A DNA stretch of 32,000 bases from Kineococcus radiotolerans SRS30216 = ATCC BAA-149. GTDB taxonomy: Bacteria; Actinomycetota; Actinomycetes; Actinomycetales; Kineococcaceae. The notes under the pieces were generated by a model. That model had not been told where the DNA came from, ran no database searches, and was given only the letters and a program-made list of their open reading frames with translations. This document shows positions 13,828 through 21,506 of the stretch, piece by piece. Both the position numbers and the translations under genes were made by a program. The DNA lies in contig NC_009664.2 of assembly GCF_000017305.1 (NCBI RefSeq), forward strand, positions 2,280,001 through 2,312,000, given 5' to 3'. Position 1 is the stretch's first letter; the number at the start of each line of letters is the position of its first letter.

Positions 13828-14871
13828 GTGACGCACACGAAGAGCCGTACCGAGGCGCTGCCGAGGACCCGCACCGAGGTGCTGCAGGCCCAGGGCGCGG
13901 CCCTGCAGGCGCAGGGTGCCGCGCTGCAGGCGCAGGGCGCCGCGCTCGCCGGGAAGGTCGGGCCGGCCGTCGGCTCGGCGCGGGACTGGGCCACGCCGAA
14001 GGTCGGGGCGGCCATCGAGTGGGCCCAGCCCCGGCTGGAGAAGGGCTGGAGCAGCTCGGTGGAGGCCGCCGCACCGCGCGTGGAGGCCGCCGCCCAGAAG
14101 GTGGGCCCGGCCGTCGACAGCGTCCGCGACAAGATCGTCGACGACCTGCTGCCGAAGTTCGTCGACGCCGTCCAGGACGCCGCCTCCGCGGCCAAGGAGG
14201 CCGCCGTCCCCGCGGTCGCCGCCGCGTCGACCGCCGCCACCAGCGCGGCCACCTCGGCTGCCGAGACGGTGAAGGAGGCCGCGACGTCGGCCAAGGAGGC
14301 CGCGGCCCCCGCGGTCACCGCCGCGACGACCGCGGCCACCACCGCCGCCACCACCGCCGCCGGCACCCTCAAGACCGCCACCGAGTCCGTGCGCGCCGCG
14401 GGCAAGCCCGCCGAGGTCGTCGGCAAGGGCGCCAAGAAGGCGGCCGCGGCGAAGGCGGCCAAGGAGGCGGCCACGAGCAAGACCGCGAAGAAGGCGGCGA
14501 AGGCGGCCGCGGCGGCCAAGGCCGGGAAGAAGGCGACCGACACGGCGAAGAAGCACCCCGCCGCGACGATCGCCACCCTGACCGGGGCCGCGGCGAAGAA
14601 GAACAAGAAGAAGGGCGGGGCCGGGAAGAAGTTCCTGGTCCTCAGCATCCTCGCGGCCGGTGCGGCGGCGGTCTACGCCGCCACGCGCAGCGCCAAGGAG
14701 GACCCGTGGGCGGCCCCGGGTGCGGCCTGGACCCCCGCCCCCGCCGCGACCACCCCGAAGACCCCCGGCACCGAGGCCTCCACCGAGAACCTCGAGAAGG
14801 CGACCGGCGCGCACAACGTCGTCGACGCGAGGGTCGAGGACAACCTGCCCGAGGACGACGCGAAGTCCTGA
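13828..14871 (+). CDS. Ala/Lys-rich membrane-anchored protein (347 aa), positional equivalent of CwsA
   Basis: GTG 13828 has GAGGAGGA upstream. The N-terminus carries amphipathic repeats, and the middle has [17 protein letters not shown] (histone-H1-like) tracts. One hydrophobic helix [17 protein letters not shown] is preceded by [12 protein letters not shown]. The ~55-aa tail is acidic and Pro-rich. The gene is divergent from ppiA and next to tRNA-Ala. Confidence 0.65.
   Translation: MTHTKSRTEALPRTRTEVLQAQGAALQAQGAALQAQGAALAGKVGPAVGSARDWATPKVGAAIEWAQPRLEKGWSSSVEAAAPRVEAAAQKVGPAVDSVRDKIVDDLLPKFVDAVQDAASAAKEAAVPAVAAASTAATSAATSAAETVKEAATSAKEAAAPAVTAATTAATTAATTAAGTLKTATESVRAAGKPAEVVGKGAKKAAAAKAAKEAATSKTAKKAAKAAAAAKAGKKATDTAKKHPAATIATLTGAAAKKNKKKGGAGKKFLVLSILAAGAAAVYAATRSAKEDPWAAPGAAWTPAPAATTPKTPGTEASTENLEKATGAHNVVDARVEDNLPEDDAKS
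13882..13944 (+). repeat. In-frame 21-bp tandem repeat x3 encoding (LQAQGAA)3
   Basis: Read directly: CTGCAGGCCCAGGGCGCGGCC / CTGCAGGCGCAGGGTGCCGCG / CTGCAGGCGCAGGGCGCCGCG. This is a heptad-length repeat near the N-terminus of the Ala/Lys-rich protein. Confidence 0.9.
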
Positions 14872-14881
14872 CCCCGGACGC

Positions 14882-14927
14882 ACGACGGAGGGCCCCCCAC
14901 GCCGCGGCGTGGGGGGCCCTCCGTCGT
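14882..14927. terminator. 46-bp perfect palindrome (23-bp arms), probable bidirectional intrinsic terminator
   Basis: ACGACGGAGGGCCCCCCACGCCGCGGCGTGGGGGGCCCTCCGTCGT equals its own reverse complement. It lies 11 nt after the stop at 14871 (+) and 6 nt after the tRNA-Ala 3' end (-). There is no U-tract. Confidence 0.6.
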
Positions 14928-14932
14928 CCCGG

Positions 14933-15005
14933 TGGAGGCAAGGGGACTCGAACCCCTAACCCCCTGCTTGCAAAGCAGGTGCGCTACCAATTGCGCCATG
15001 CCCCC
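14933..15005 (-). tRNA. tRNA-Ala (anticodon TGC)
   Basis: Hand-folded cloverleaf: GGGGGCA TG GCGC AATTGGTA GCGC A CCTGC TTTGCAA GCAGG GGGTT AGGGG TTCGAGT CCCCT TGCCTCC A. The G3:U70 wobble pair is present. CCA is not encoded. Confidence 0.95.
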
Positions 15006-15017
15006 GGGGGGCGGACC

Positions 15018-15134
15018 TCAGCGGACGGTGTCGGTCGCCTCGGCCCACAGGTCGCGCTCGGCCTTCGCGGACGCCTTGCGGCGCCACAGCACCACGGTGC
15101 CCCCGAGCACCGCCACCAGCAGCAGCTTCTTCAC
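15018..15134 (-). CDS. DLW-39-like small membrane protein (38 aa)
   Basis: My translation is VKKLLLVAVLGGTVVLWRRKASAKAERDLWAEATDTVR, with one TM helix plus a DLW motif. GTG 15134 is preceded by AGGGGG. The stop lies 12 nt upstream of the tRNA-Ala 5' end. The 73-aa track ORF is over-extended. Confidence 0.55.
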   Translation of the reverse strand: MKKLLLVAVLGGTVVLWRRKASAKAERDLWAEATDTVR

Positions 15135-15209
15135 GGGAACCCCCTGGACGAGATCGAGACGACTGCGGAACGCTAGCACGCAGGACCCTCCGCAGCCCTC
15201 CCACCCGCG

Positions 15210-15247
15210 CCCCCCACCCCGGCCCCACCCCGGCCCCACACCGGCCC
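15210..15247 (-). repeat. G-tract array (G4-N1-2)x5, quadruplex-capable, about 11-bp periodic
   Basis: The minus strand reads GGGCCGGTGTGGGGCCGGGGTGGGGCCGGGGTGGGGGG. It lies in the divergent gap between the DLW-39-like ORF and the first glycosyltransferase. Confidence 0.7.
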
Positions 15248-15308
15248 GGGCAGACCCGCGGCACCCGCGGCGCGCGGGAGCTCAGGTCCGGGCGCCCGCC
15301 GCCGACCG

Positions 15309-16430
15309 GTGGGTGCCATGCCCGCACCCCGCAGCCACCCCCGCACCGCGCTGGTCCACGAGTGGATCTCGGCGCGCGCCGGCGCCGAGCAGGTCTTCGA
15401 GGTCCTCGCCGGGCAGTTCCCGCACGCGGACCTGCACGCGCTGAGCTGCGAACCGGGCGTCGACCTCGACCTCGCCGGACGCACCGTGCGGACCACCGCC
15501 CTGGACGCCCTGCGCGGGCACCGGGCGCTGGCCCTGCCGCTGATGGCCCCCGCGTGGTGGGCCCACGCCCGCGACGTGCGCGGCGGCTACGACCTGGTCC
15601 TCACCTCCCACCACGCCTTCGCCACCTCCAACCGCCTCGTCGCCCCCGGCGGTACGCACCTCGCCTACGTCCACACCCCCGCCCGCTACGTGTGGAGCCC
15701 CGAGCTCGACGGCCGCGGCACCTCCCCCCTGCTGGCCCCCGCGCGGCGGGTGCTGTCCGCGCTGGACCGCGACGCCGCCCGCCGGCTGACGGCGGTCGCG
15801 GCCAACAGCGCCGAGGTGGCGGCGCGCGTGGAGCGGTTCTGGCACCGCGAGGCCGTGGTCATCCACCCGCCTGTGGACGTCGCCGCGTTCGCGGTCCCCG
15901 GCCCGGACACCCTCGACCTGCCCGCGGGCTTCCTCCTCGCCCTGGGGCGGTTCGTCCCCTACAAGAACCACCTCGCCGCGATCGAGGTCGGCGAGCGGCT
16001 GGGGCGTCCCGTCGTCGTCGCCGGCCGCGGGCCGCTGGCCGGGGCGCTGCGCGCGCGGGCCGCGGCCAGCCGGGTCCCCGTCCTCGTCCTCGACTCCCCC
16101 ACCGGCGCGGTGGTGCGCGAGGTGCTGCGCCGCGCGAGCGTCCTGCTCTTCCCCACCGTGGAGGACTTCGGCATCGTCCCGGTCGAGGCGATGGCCTCCG
16201 GCACCCCCGTCGTCGCCCCCTCCCGCGGCGGTTCCGGGGAGACCGTCCTCGACGGCGTCAGCGGCGCCCTCGTCGAGGACCTCGGCGTCCCCGCGCTCGC
16301 CGCGGCCGTCGCCCGCGCCGAGGCGTGCGCACCCGCCGCCTGCCGCGAGCGCGCCCTCGCCTTCGACGTCCCCCGCTTCCGGGAGCGGATCCGCACCTGG
16401 GTCGGGCAGCACGCGGGGGGCCTCGGGTGA
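15309..16430 (+). CDS. Glycosyltransferase family 4 (GT-B)
   Basis: EDFGIVPVEAMASGTPVVAPSRGGSGETVLDGVSGALV is the E-x7-E region, and the N-terminus ALVHEWISARAGAEQV is typical of this GT4 subgroup. The start is GTG 15309 or ATG 15318. Confidence 0.85.
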   Translation: MGAMPAPRSHPRTALVHEWISARAGAEQVFEVLAGQFPHADLHALSCEPGVDLDLAGRTVRTTALDALRGHRALALPLMAPAWWAHARDVRGGYDLVLTSHHAFATSNRLVAPGGTHLAYVHTPARYVWSPELDGRGTSPLLAPARRVLSALDRDAARRLTAVAANSAEVAARVERFWHREAVVIHPPVDVAAFAVPGPDTLDLPAGFLLALGRFVPYKNHLAAIEVGERLGRPVVVAGRGPLAGALRARAAASRVPVLVLDSPTGAVVREVLRRASVLLFPTVEDFGIVPVEAMASGTPVVAPSRGGSGETVLDGVSGALVEDLGVPALAAAVARAEACAPAACRERALAFDVPRFRERIRTWVGQHAGGLG

Positions 16431-17809
16431 TCCTCGAGCTCGGCCTGGCCGCGGCCGCCGCGTTCACCGGCCTGCTGTTCTGCATCACCGCCAGCGACCG
16501 CACCCGCCTGTCGGTGGCGGCGTTCCTCGCCGTCCCGCAGGTCTTCGTGGGCCCGCTGGGCCAGCTGTCGCTGTCGCTGAGCCAGTGCTGGGTCGTGCTC
16601 ATCGCCGTCTGCTGGGTGCTGGAGCGCAAGGAGTTGCCCGTGCGCGACCCGGTGATGCGGGCCGTGCTGCTGCTCGCGATCGCCGCGGGCCTGGCCATCG
16701 CGTGGTCCCCGGACCCGATGGCCGGGGTGCTGGAGGTGATGCGGCTGGTGTCGTTCGCCTTCCTCGTCCTGTACGCGACCCGCGTCGAGCGGCTGCGCCC
16801 CGGGGCGCTGGCGGGGCCGTTCACCGTCGTGCTGCTGTGGGCCCTGCTGAACGCGGTGCTGGTGTGGGCGTTCCGGCTCGCGCCGGCGGTCGAGTCGGCG
16901 TTCCTGCGCTCCCCGGTCTCCAGCCTCGTCGCCGGCCCGAACGCGATGGCGGCGTTCTTCGCCGACGGGGCGAACAACGTGACCGACCCGGCGAAGTCGG
17001 GCGGGTTCTTCATCAACGCGAACGTGTCCTCGATGTTCCTCGGCGTGGCGACGTTCTGCTTCCTCGCCCTCGGCGTCGGCCGGCGCGGCCGGTCCCGCCG
17101 CCTGTGCGCGGCGGGGGCGCTGGTGTGCTGGTCGGCGACGTTCGCCACCGGCTCCAAGACGGCCGCCGCCCTGGCCCTGCTGCTGCCCGTGGCCGTGCGC
17201 GGGGTGCAGGTGCTGGGCCGACCGAACGCGCGCTGGTTCCTGCCCCAGGCCGCCGGCGCCGTCGGCTTCGTCGCCTGGGTCGGGCCCACGGTCCTGGCGC
17301 GGTTCGTCCCCGGCTACGCCGAGGCGTCCTCGGAGAGCCTGGCCAGCCGCGGGCCGATGTGGGAGTTCGCGCTGCAGATGTTCCGCGAGCACCTCCTGCT
17401 GGGGCTCGGCCACGGCGGCTGGTCGGCGACGATCGAGCAGTTCGCCGCCCTCGGCATCACGGCCCTGCCCCCGCACAACCTGTTCATCGCGGCCTGGGCC
17501 GCGACCGGGTTGCCGGGCGTGGCCGCGCTGCTGGGGCTGACCGTGACGATCCTGGCCGTCCTGACCGCGACCGTCGTGCGCCACGTGGGGACCCCGCTGA
17601 CCCGCACGGCGGCGTTCGCGCTGGGCGCCTGGTGGTGGGTGCTCATCCACGGCATGGGCGACAACACCGCGATCTACGGGGAGGCGAAGTCGATGATCCT
17701 GCTCGCGATGCTGCTGGGGCTGGTCGGTGCCCGCGTGCACGCCGTGCGCACCGCCGGGAACGCCGCCGGGAACGCCGCCGGGAACGAGGCGGCGACGTGC
17801 CCCGCGTAG
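16427..17809 (+). CDS. O-antigen ligase/Wzy-like polymerase family membrane protein
   Basis: The 460-aa polytopic protein has FATGSKTAAALALLL, RGPMWEFALQMFREHLLLGLGHGGW and PHNLFI, which match Wzy_C-type motifs. The GTG start overlaps the upstream stop (GTGA at 16427-16430). Confidence 0.75.
   Translation: MILELGLAAAAAFTGLLFCITASDRTRLSVAAFLAVPQVFVGPLGQLSLSLSQCWVVLIAVCWVLERKELPVRDPVMRAVLLLAIAAGLAIAWSPDPMAGVLEVMRLVSFAFLVLYATRVERLRPGALAGPFTVVLLWALLNAVLVWAFRLAPAVESAFLRSPVSSLVAGPNAMAAFFADGANNVTDPAKSGGFFINANVSSMFLGVATFCFLALGVGRRGRSRRLCAAGALVCWSATFATGSKTAAALALLLPVAVRGVQVLGRPNARWFLPQAAGAVGFVAWVGPTVLARFVPGYAEASSESLASRGPMWEFALQMFREHLLLGLGHGGWSATIEQFAALGITALPPHNLFIAAWAATGLPGVAALLGLTVTILAVLTATVVRHVGTPLTRTAAFALGAWWWVLIHGMGDNTAIYGEAKSMILLAMLLGLVGARVHAVRTAGNAAGNAAGNEAATCPA
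17749..17784 (+). repeat. In-frame 12-bp tandem repeat x3 (CGCCGCCGGGAA) encoding (AGNA)-type tail
   Basis: Read directly: CACCGCCGGGAA / CGCCGCCGGGAA / CGCCGCCGGGAA. This is the C-terminal tail TAGNAAGNAAGNEA of the Wzy-like protein, just before the overlapping start of the next gene. Confidence 0.9.
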
Positions 17810-18897
17810 CCGTCCTGCGCCACCGCTTCGGCCTGCCCTCCGAACCCTTCGTCCTGGAGCAGGCGCGCGCGTTCACCCGCTGGGAACCGGTGCTCCTGGC
17901 CCGCGACCCGTTCCCGCCCGGCCTGGAGGGGGCCTCGCTGGCCGCGGCGGGCCCCCTGGCCGTCGCCGCCCACACCGCGGGGCTGGGGTCGGGACCGATG
18001 ACCGCGCTGCTGCGGGACCTGCGCGTGGACGCGGTCCTGGCCCACTTCGGGGTCGAGGCCGCCTGCGCGCTGCCCGCGACCCGGCGCGCGGGGGTCCCGC
18101 TGGCGACGGTGTTCCACGGTTTCGACGCCACGACCACCACGGCCGCGCTGCTGCGCGCCCGCACCGTCTCCTGGGCCACCTACGCCCGGCGGCGGGCGCG
18201 CCTGGCCCGGCAGGGCGAGCTGTTCCTGCCCGTGTCCGAGCACCTGCGGACCCGGCTGCTGGAGCGGGGTTTCCCGCCCGGGCGCACCCGCACCCACCAC
18301 CTGGGGCTGGACCTCGCGAAGGTCCCCGCCGCCGGTGACCCCGAACCCCGCACGATCGTGCACGTGGGCCGGCTGGTGCCGAAGAAGGGGCACGCGCACC
18401 TGCTGCGCGCGCTCGCGGACCTGCCCGGGGTGCGGCTGACGTGCGTCGGGGACGGTCCCCTGCGCGCGGAGCTCTCCGCCCTGGCCGCCGCGCTGGGGGT
18501 CGGGGACCGGGTGGAGTTCGCGGGCCGGCTGGACAACGCCTCGACCCTGGAGCGGATCGCGCGGGCCGCCGTCCTCTGCCTGCCCTCGACGACGGCGCCC
18601 AGCGGGGACCAGGAGGGTCTGGGGCAGGTGCTGCTCGAGGCCGGGGCGATGGGCCGCCCCGTCGTCGCCAGCCGCCACGGCGGCATCCCCTCCGCCGTCG
18701 TCGACGGGGTGACGGGGCTGCTGGTCCCGGAGGGGGACGCCCCCGCGCTGGCCGCCGCGCTGCGCCGGGTCCTCGACGACCCCGCGTTCGCGGCGCGGCT
18801 GGGCTCGGCCGCCGCGGGGCACGTGGCGGAGGAGTTCGACGTGGTGCGCCGCACCGCCCGCCTGGAGGAGCTGCTCGACGGGCTGGTGCACCGGTGA
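17797..18897 (+). CDS. Glycosyltransferase family 4
   Basis: GDQEGLGQVLLEAGAMGRPVVASRHGGIPSAVVDGVTGLLVPEGD. GTG 17797 (VPRVAVLRHRFG) overlaps the upstream gene by 13 nt. The 770-aa track ORF is over-extended. Confidence 0.85.
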   Translation: MPRVAVLRHRFGLPSEPFVLEQARAFTRWEPVLLARDPFPPGLEGASLAAAGPLAVAAHTAGLGSGPMTALLRDLRVDAVLAHFGVEAACALPATRRAGVPLATVFHGFDATTTTAALLRARTVSWATYARRRARLARQGELFLPVSEHLRTRLLERGFPPGRTRTHHLGLDLAKVPAAGDPEPRTIVHVGRLVPKKGHAHLLRALADLPGVRLTCVGDGPLRAELSALAAALGVGDRVEFAGRLDNASTLERIARAAVLCLPSTTAPSGDQEGLGQVLLEAGAMGRPVVASRHGGIPSAVVDGVTGLLVPEGDAPALAAALRRVLDDPAFAARLGSAAAGHVAEEFDVVRRTARLEELLDGLVHR

Positions 18898-20036
18898 GGC
18901 GGGTCGTCGTGCTCACCCGCGGCCTGCCCCTGCACCACGCGGGCGGCATGGAGTCCGTCGCGTGGGACCTGGCCCGGGAACTGGCGCGGACCGCGCCGGT
19001 GACCGTCCTGACGACGTCGCTGCCCGGGCGGGCGGAGTTCGAGCTGGACGGGGTGCGCGTCCGCGCGCTGCCGGGAACCCCTCCCGGGCGGTACTCCGCG
19101 GCGTGGTGGCGGGGTTCCCGCGCGGCGCTGGCCGCGGAACTGTCCGACGGGTCGGTGGCCGGGGTGCTCTCCGTCAGCGCGGGCGCGTTCTCCGGGGTCG
19201 ACCTGGCCGCGGGCCGCGGGGCGCGCACCGTGCTGCAGGCGCACGGGACCTCGGTCATGGAACTCACCTCCAAGCTCACCAGCCGCCGGCTGCGCCCGGT
19301 CCTCTCCTCGGTGCGCAACGTCCACGGCCTGCTCCGCGACGTCGCGACCTACCGCCGCTTCGACACCGTCGCCGCGATCGGGCCCAGCGTCGAGCGCTCC
19401 CTCACCCGGCCCCCGCTGGGGCGCCTGGTCGCCATGCCCCCGGTCCACCTGCTGCCCAACGGGATCGACACCGCGCGGTTCCACCCCGACCCGGCGGCCG
19501 CGGCGCGGGTGCGCCGGGAGCTGGCCGTGCCCGAGGGTTCCCCGCTGCTGCTCGTCGCGGGCCGGCTGCACCCGCAGAAGCGCGTCGACCGCTCGGTGCA
19601 GCTGCTGACCGGTTCCGGCGCGGTCCTGGTCCTCGCCGGCGACGGCCCCGAACGCGCCCCGCTGCAGCGCCTGGCCGCGGAGCTCGGGGTCGACGACCGG
19701 GTCCGGTTCCTGGGGGCGGTGGAGCGCGGGCGGCTGCCCGCGCTGTACGCGGCCGCGGACGTCTCGCTGCTCACCTCGCAGTGGCGGGAGGGCCTGCCGA
19801 TGGCCGTCCTGGAGTCCCTGGCCTGCGGGACCCCCGTCGTCACGTCGCTGACCACGGCCCCCGTGGAGGGGGCGGGGGACGCGGTGACCCGCGCCGACGC
19901 GACCAGCCCCCGGGCCCTGGCCGCCACGGTCGGGGACGTCCTGGAGCGCGGGCGGTCGACGGTGCCGCTGCTGCCGCCCGGCTACGACCTGGCGTCGGTG
20001 GCGCGGCGGTACGCGGTGCTGCTGGGCGCCGGCTGA
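18894..20036 (+). CDS. Glycosyltransferase family 4
   Basis: VRRVVVLTRGLPLHHAGGMESVAWDLAREL at the N-terminus, and SQWREGLPMAVLESLACGTPVVTS. The GTG start overlaps the upstream stop (GTGA 18894-18897). Confidence 0.8.
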   Translation: MRRVVVLTRGLPLHHAGGMESVAWDLARELARTAPVTVLTTSLPGRAEFELDGVRVRALPGTPPGRYSAAWWRGSRAALAAELSDGSVAGVLSVSAGAFSGVDLAAGRGARTVLQAHGTSVMELTSKLTSRRLRPVLSSVRNVHGLLRDVATYRRFDTVAAIGPSVERSLTRPPLGRLVAMPPVHLLPNGIDTARFHPDPAAAARVRRELAVPEGSPLLLVAGRLHPQKRVDRSVQLLTGSGAVLVLAGDGPERAPLQRLAAELGVDDRVRFLGAVERGRLPALYAAADVSLLTSQWREGLPMAVLESLACGTPVVTSLTTAPVEGAGDAVTRADATSPRALAATVGDVLERGRSTVPLLPPGYDLASVARRYAVLLGAG

Positions 20037-21490
20037 TGCGCGACGCCGTCCGGCGCCTCGTCCTCGGCGGGCTGGTCGGCAAGCTGCTGGGCCTGCTGCG
20101 GGAGGTGCTGCTCGCCGCGGCCTACGGCACGGGGGTCCCCACCACCGCGGCCCGGGTGGCGCAGACCGGGACCCTCGTCCCCGTCGACCTCTTCACCGCC
20201 GACGTCCTCACTGCGGGTTTCCTGCCCCTGCACAAGGAGCTCCTCACCACCGACCCGGCGCGCGCGGCGACGCTGTTCCGCGGGGTGCGGGTGGCGCTGC
20301 GGTGGCTGGCGGCCGTGCTCACCCTCGGGTCGCTGGCGCTGGCGCCCGCGGTGGTGGACCTGCTGGCCCCTGGTCTGGCCCCCGCGACGGCGGCCACCTG
20401 CGCGCAGTTCCTGCGGGTGATGGCCCTGGGGATCCCCAGCTACCTGCAGTTCTCGCTGCTGAGCTACCTGGAGATCTCCCACGGGGGGTTCCGGTTGTCC
20501 AGCGCGCGGGCCACGGCGCAGAACCTCGGGATGCTCCTCGCCCTGGGCCTGGCCTGGGTGCTGGGGGAACCGGTCGTGCTGGCGGGCGGTTTCGCCGCGG
20601 CCTACCTCGTCCTGCACGCGTGGGGGTACCGCTCGGTGCGCGCCCGCGGGTTCCTGCCCGCGGCGGGCGGCGGGGGCGGGCGGGAGCTGCGGTCCCGGCT
20701 GTGGCGGCGGGTGCGCCCGCTGCTGCTGCTGCCGGTGGTGCTGCAGGGTTCCGTCGTGGCCGAACGGGTCGTCGCCTCGCTCATGGGCGACGAGGTCGTC
20801 GCCGCCGTGGACTACGCCCGCTTCGTCGCGACGACCGGGGTGAACCTCGTCGCGGTGCCGCTGGGCCTGGCCGGGCTCGCGGCGCTGGCGGGACTGGGCA
20901 CCGCCGCCGCCCGCGAGCGCCTGGCCGCGATCCTGCCCGGGTTGCTGCTCGTGGTGGCCCCGGTCTCGGTGGTGCTGGCGGTGGGGAGCTCCCCCGTCGT
21001 GGAGGTCCTCTACGCCCGCGGCGCCTTCGACGCCGCGGCGGTGGCGACGTCGGCGTCGGTGCTGGCGGGCCTCGGGCTGGGCTTCTGGGCGCAGTCGTGC
21101 GCGTACGTGCTGGTGAAGGCCCTGAACGCCGCGGACCGGAACCGGGTGGCGGCGGGGTCGCTGCTGGCGGGTCTGGTCGTGACGCTGGTGCTGAACGTGG
21201 CGCTGCACGCGTGGCTGGGGCCGGTGACGCTGGGGCTGGCCTCCTCGGCCGGGGCGGTGGTGACGGCCGCGGTCGCGGCGCACGCGCTCGGGGTGGGGGC
21301 GCTGCTGTGGCGCTGGGTGGGGGCGTGCGTGCCGGTGGCGGGTGCGGCGTGGCTGCTGTGCGGGCGGCTGCCGGCGGCGTCGGGCTGGCCGGGTCTGCTG
21401 GGCGTGGGCGGGTGCGTGCTGGTCGTGTTCGGCCTGGCCGCGGCGCTGCTGCCGCCGTGGCGGCGGGTGGTCCGGTCGCTGGTGCGCTGA
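20036..21490 (+). CDS. MurJ/MviN-family (MOP superfamily) flippase-like protein
   Basis: The 484-aa polytopic protein starts with GKLLGLLREVLLAAAYGTGVPTTAARVAQTGTLVPVDLFTADVLTAGFLPLH, which resembles the MurJ N-terminal signature. ATG 20036 overlaps the upstream TGA by 1 nt. Confidence 0.7.
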   Translation: MRDAVRRLVLGGLVGKLLGLLREVLLAAAYGTGVPTTAARVAQTGTLVPVDLFTADVLTAGFLPLHKELLTTDPARAATLFRGVRVALRWLAAVLTLGSLALAPAVVDLLAPGLAPATAATCAQFLRVMALGIPSYLQFSLLSYLEISHGGFRLSSARATAQNLGMLLALGLAWVLGEPVVLAGGFAAAYLVLHAWGYRSVRARGFLPAAGGGGGRELRSRLWRRVRPLLLLPVVLQGSVVAERVVASLMGDEVVAAVDYARFVATTGVNLVAVPLGLAGLAALAGLGTAAARERLAAILPGLLLVVAPVSVVLAVGSSPVVEVLYARGAFDAAAVATSASVLAGLGLGFWAQSCAYVLVKALNAADRNRVAAGSLLAGLVVTLVLNVALHAWLGPVTLGLASSAGAVVTAAVAAHALGVGALLWRWVGACVPVAGAAWLLCGRLPAASGWPGLLGVGGCVLVVFGLAAALLPPWRRVVRSLVR

Positions 21491-21506
21491 GCCGGGCCCG
21501 GCGGGT

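Noticed and set aside
14560-14580. IATLTG in the Ala/Lys-rich protein as a sortase E (LAxTG) sorting signal
   Set aside because: The residues do not fit LAxTG (A and T occupy the L and A positions), and about 55 residues follow the TM helix. This differs from a C-terminal cell-wall sorting signal.
13662-14648. Upstream extension of the cyclophilin ORF (506 aa, A/F-rich)
   Set aside because: It is the antisense reading of the Ala/Lys-rich gene, where AAG/GCC codons give CTT/GGC. Cyclophilin homology starts at ATG 13661 with its own SD.
21491-21502. GCCGGGCCCGGC palindrome in the 16-bp convergent gap as a terminator
   Set aside because: The 12-bp all-GC palindrome could form only a 4-bp stem. 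Such sequences arise by chance at this GC content.
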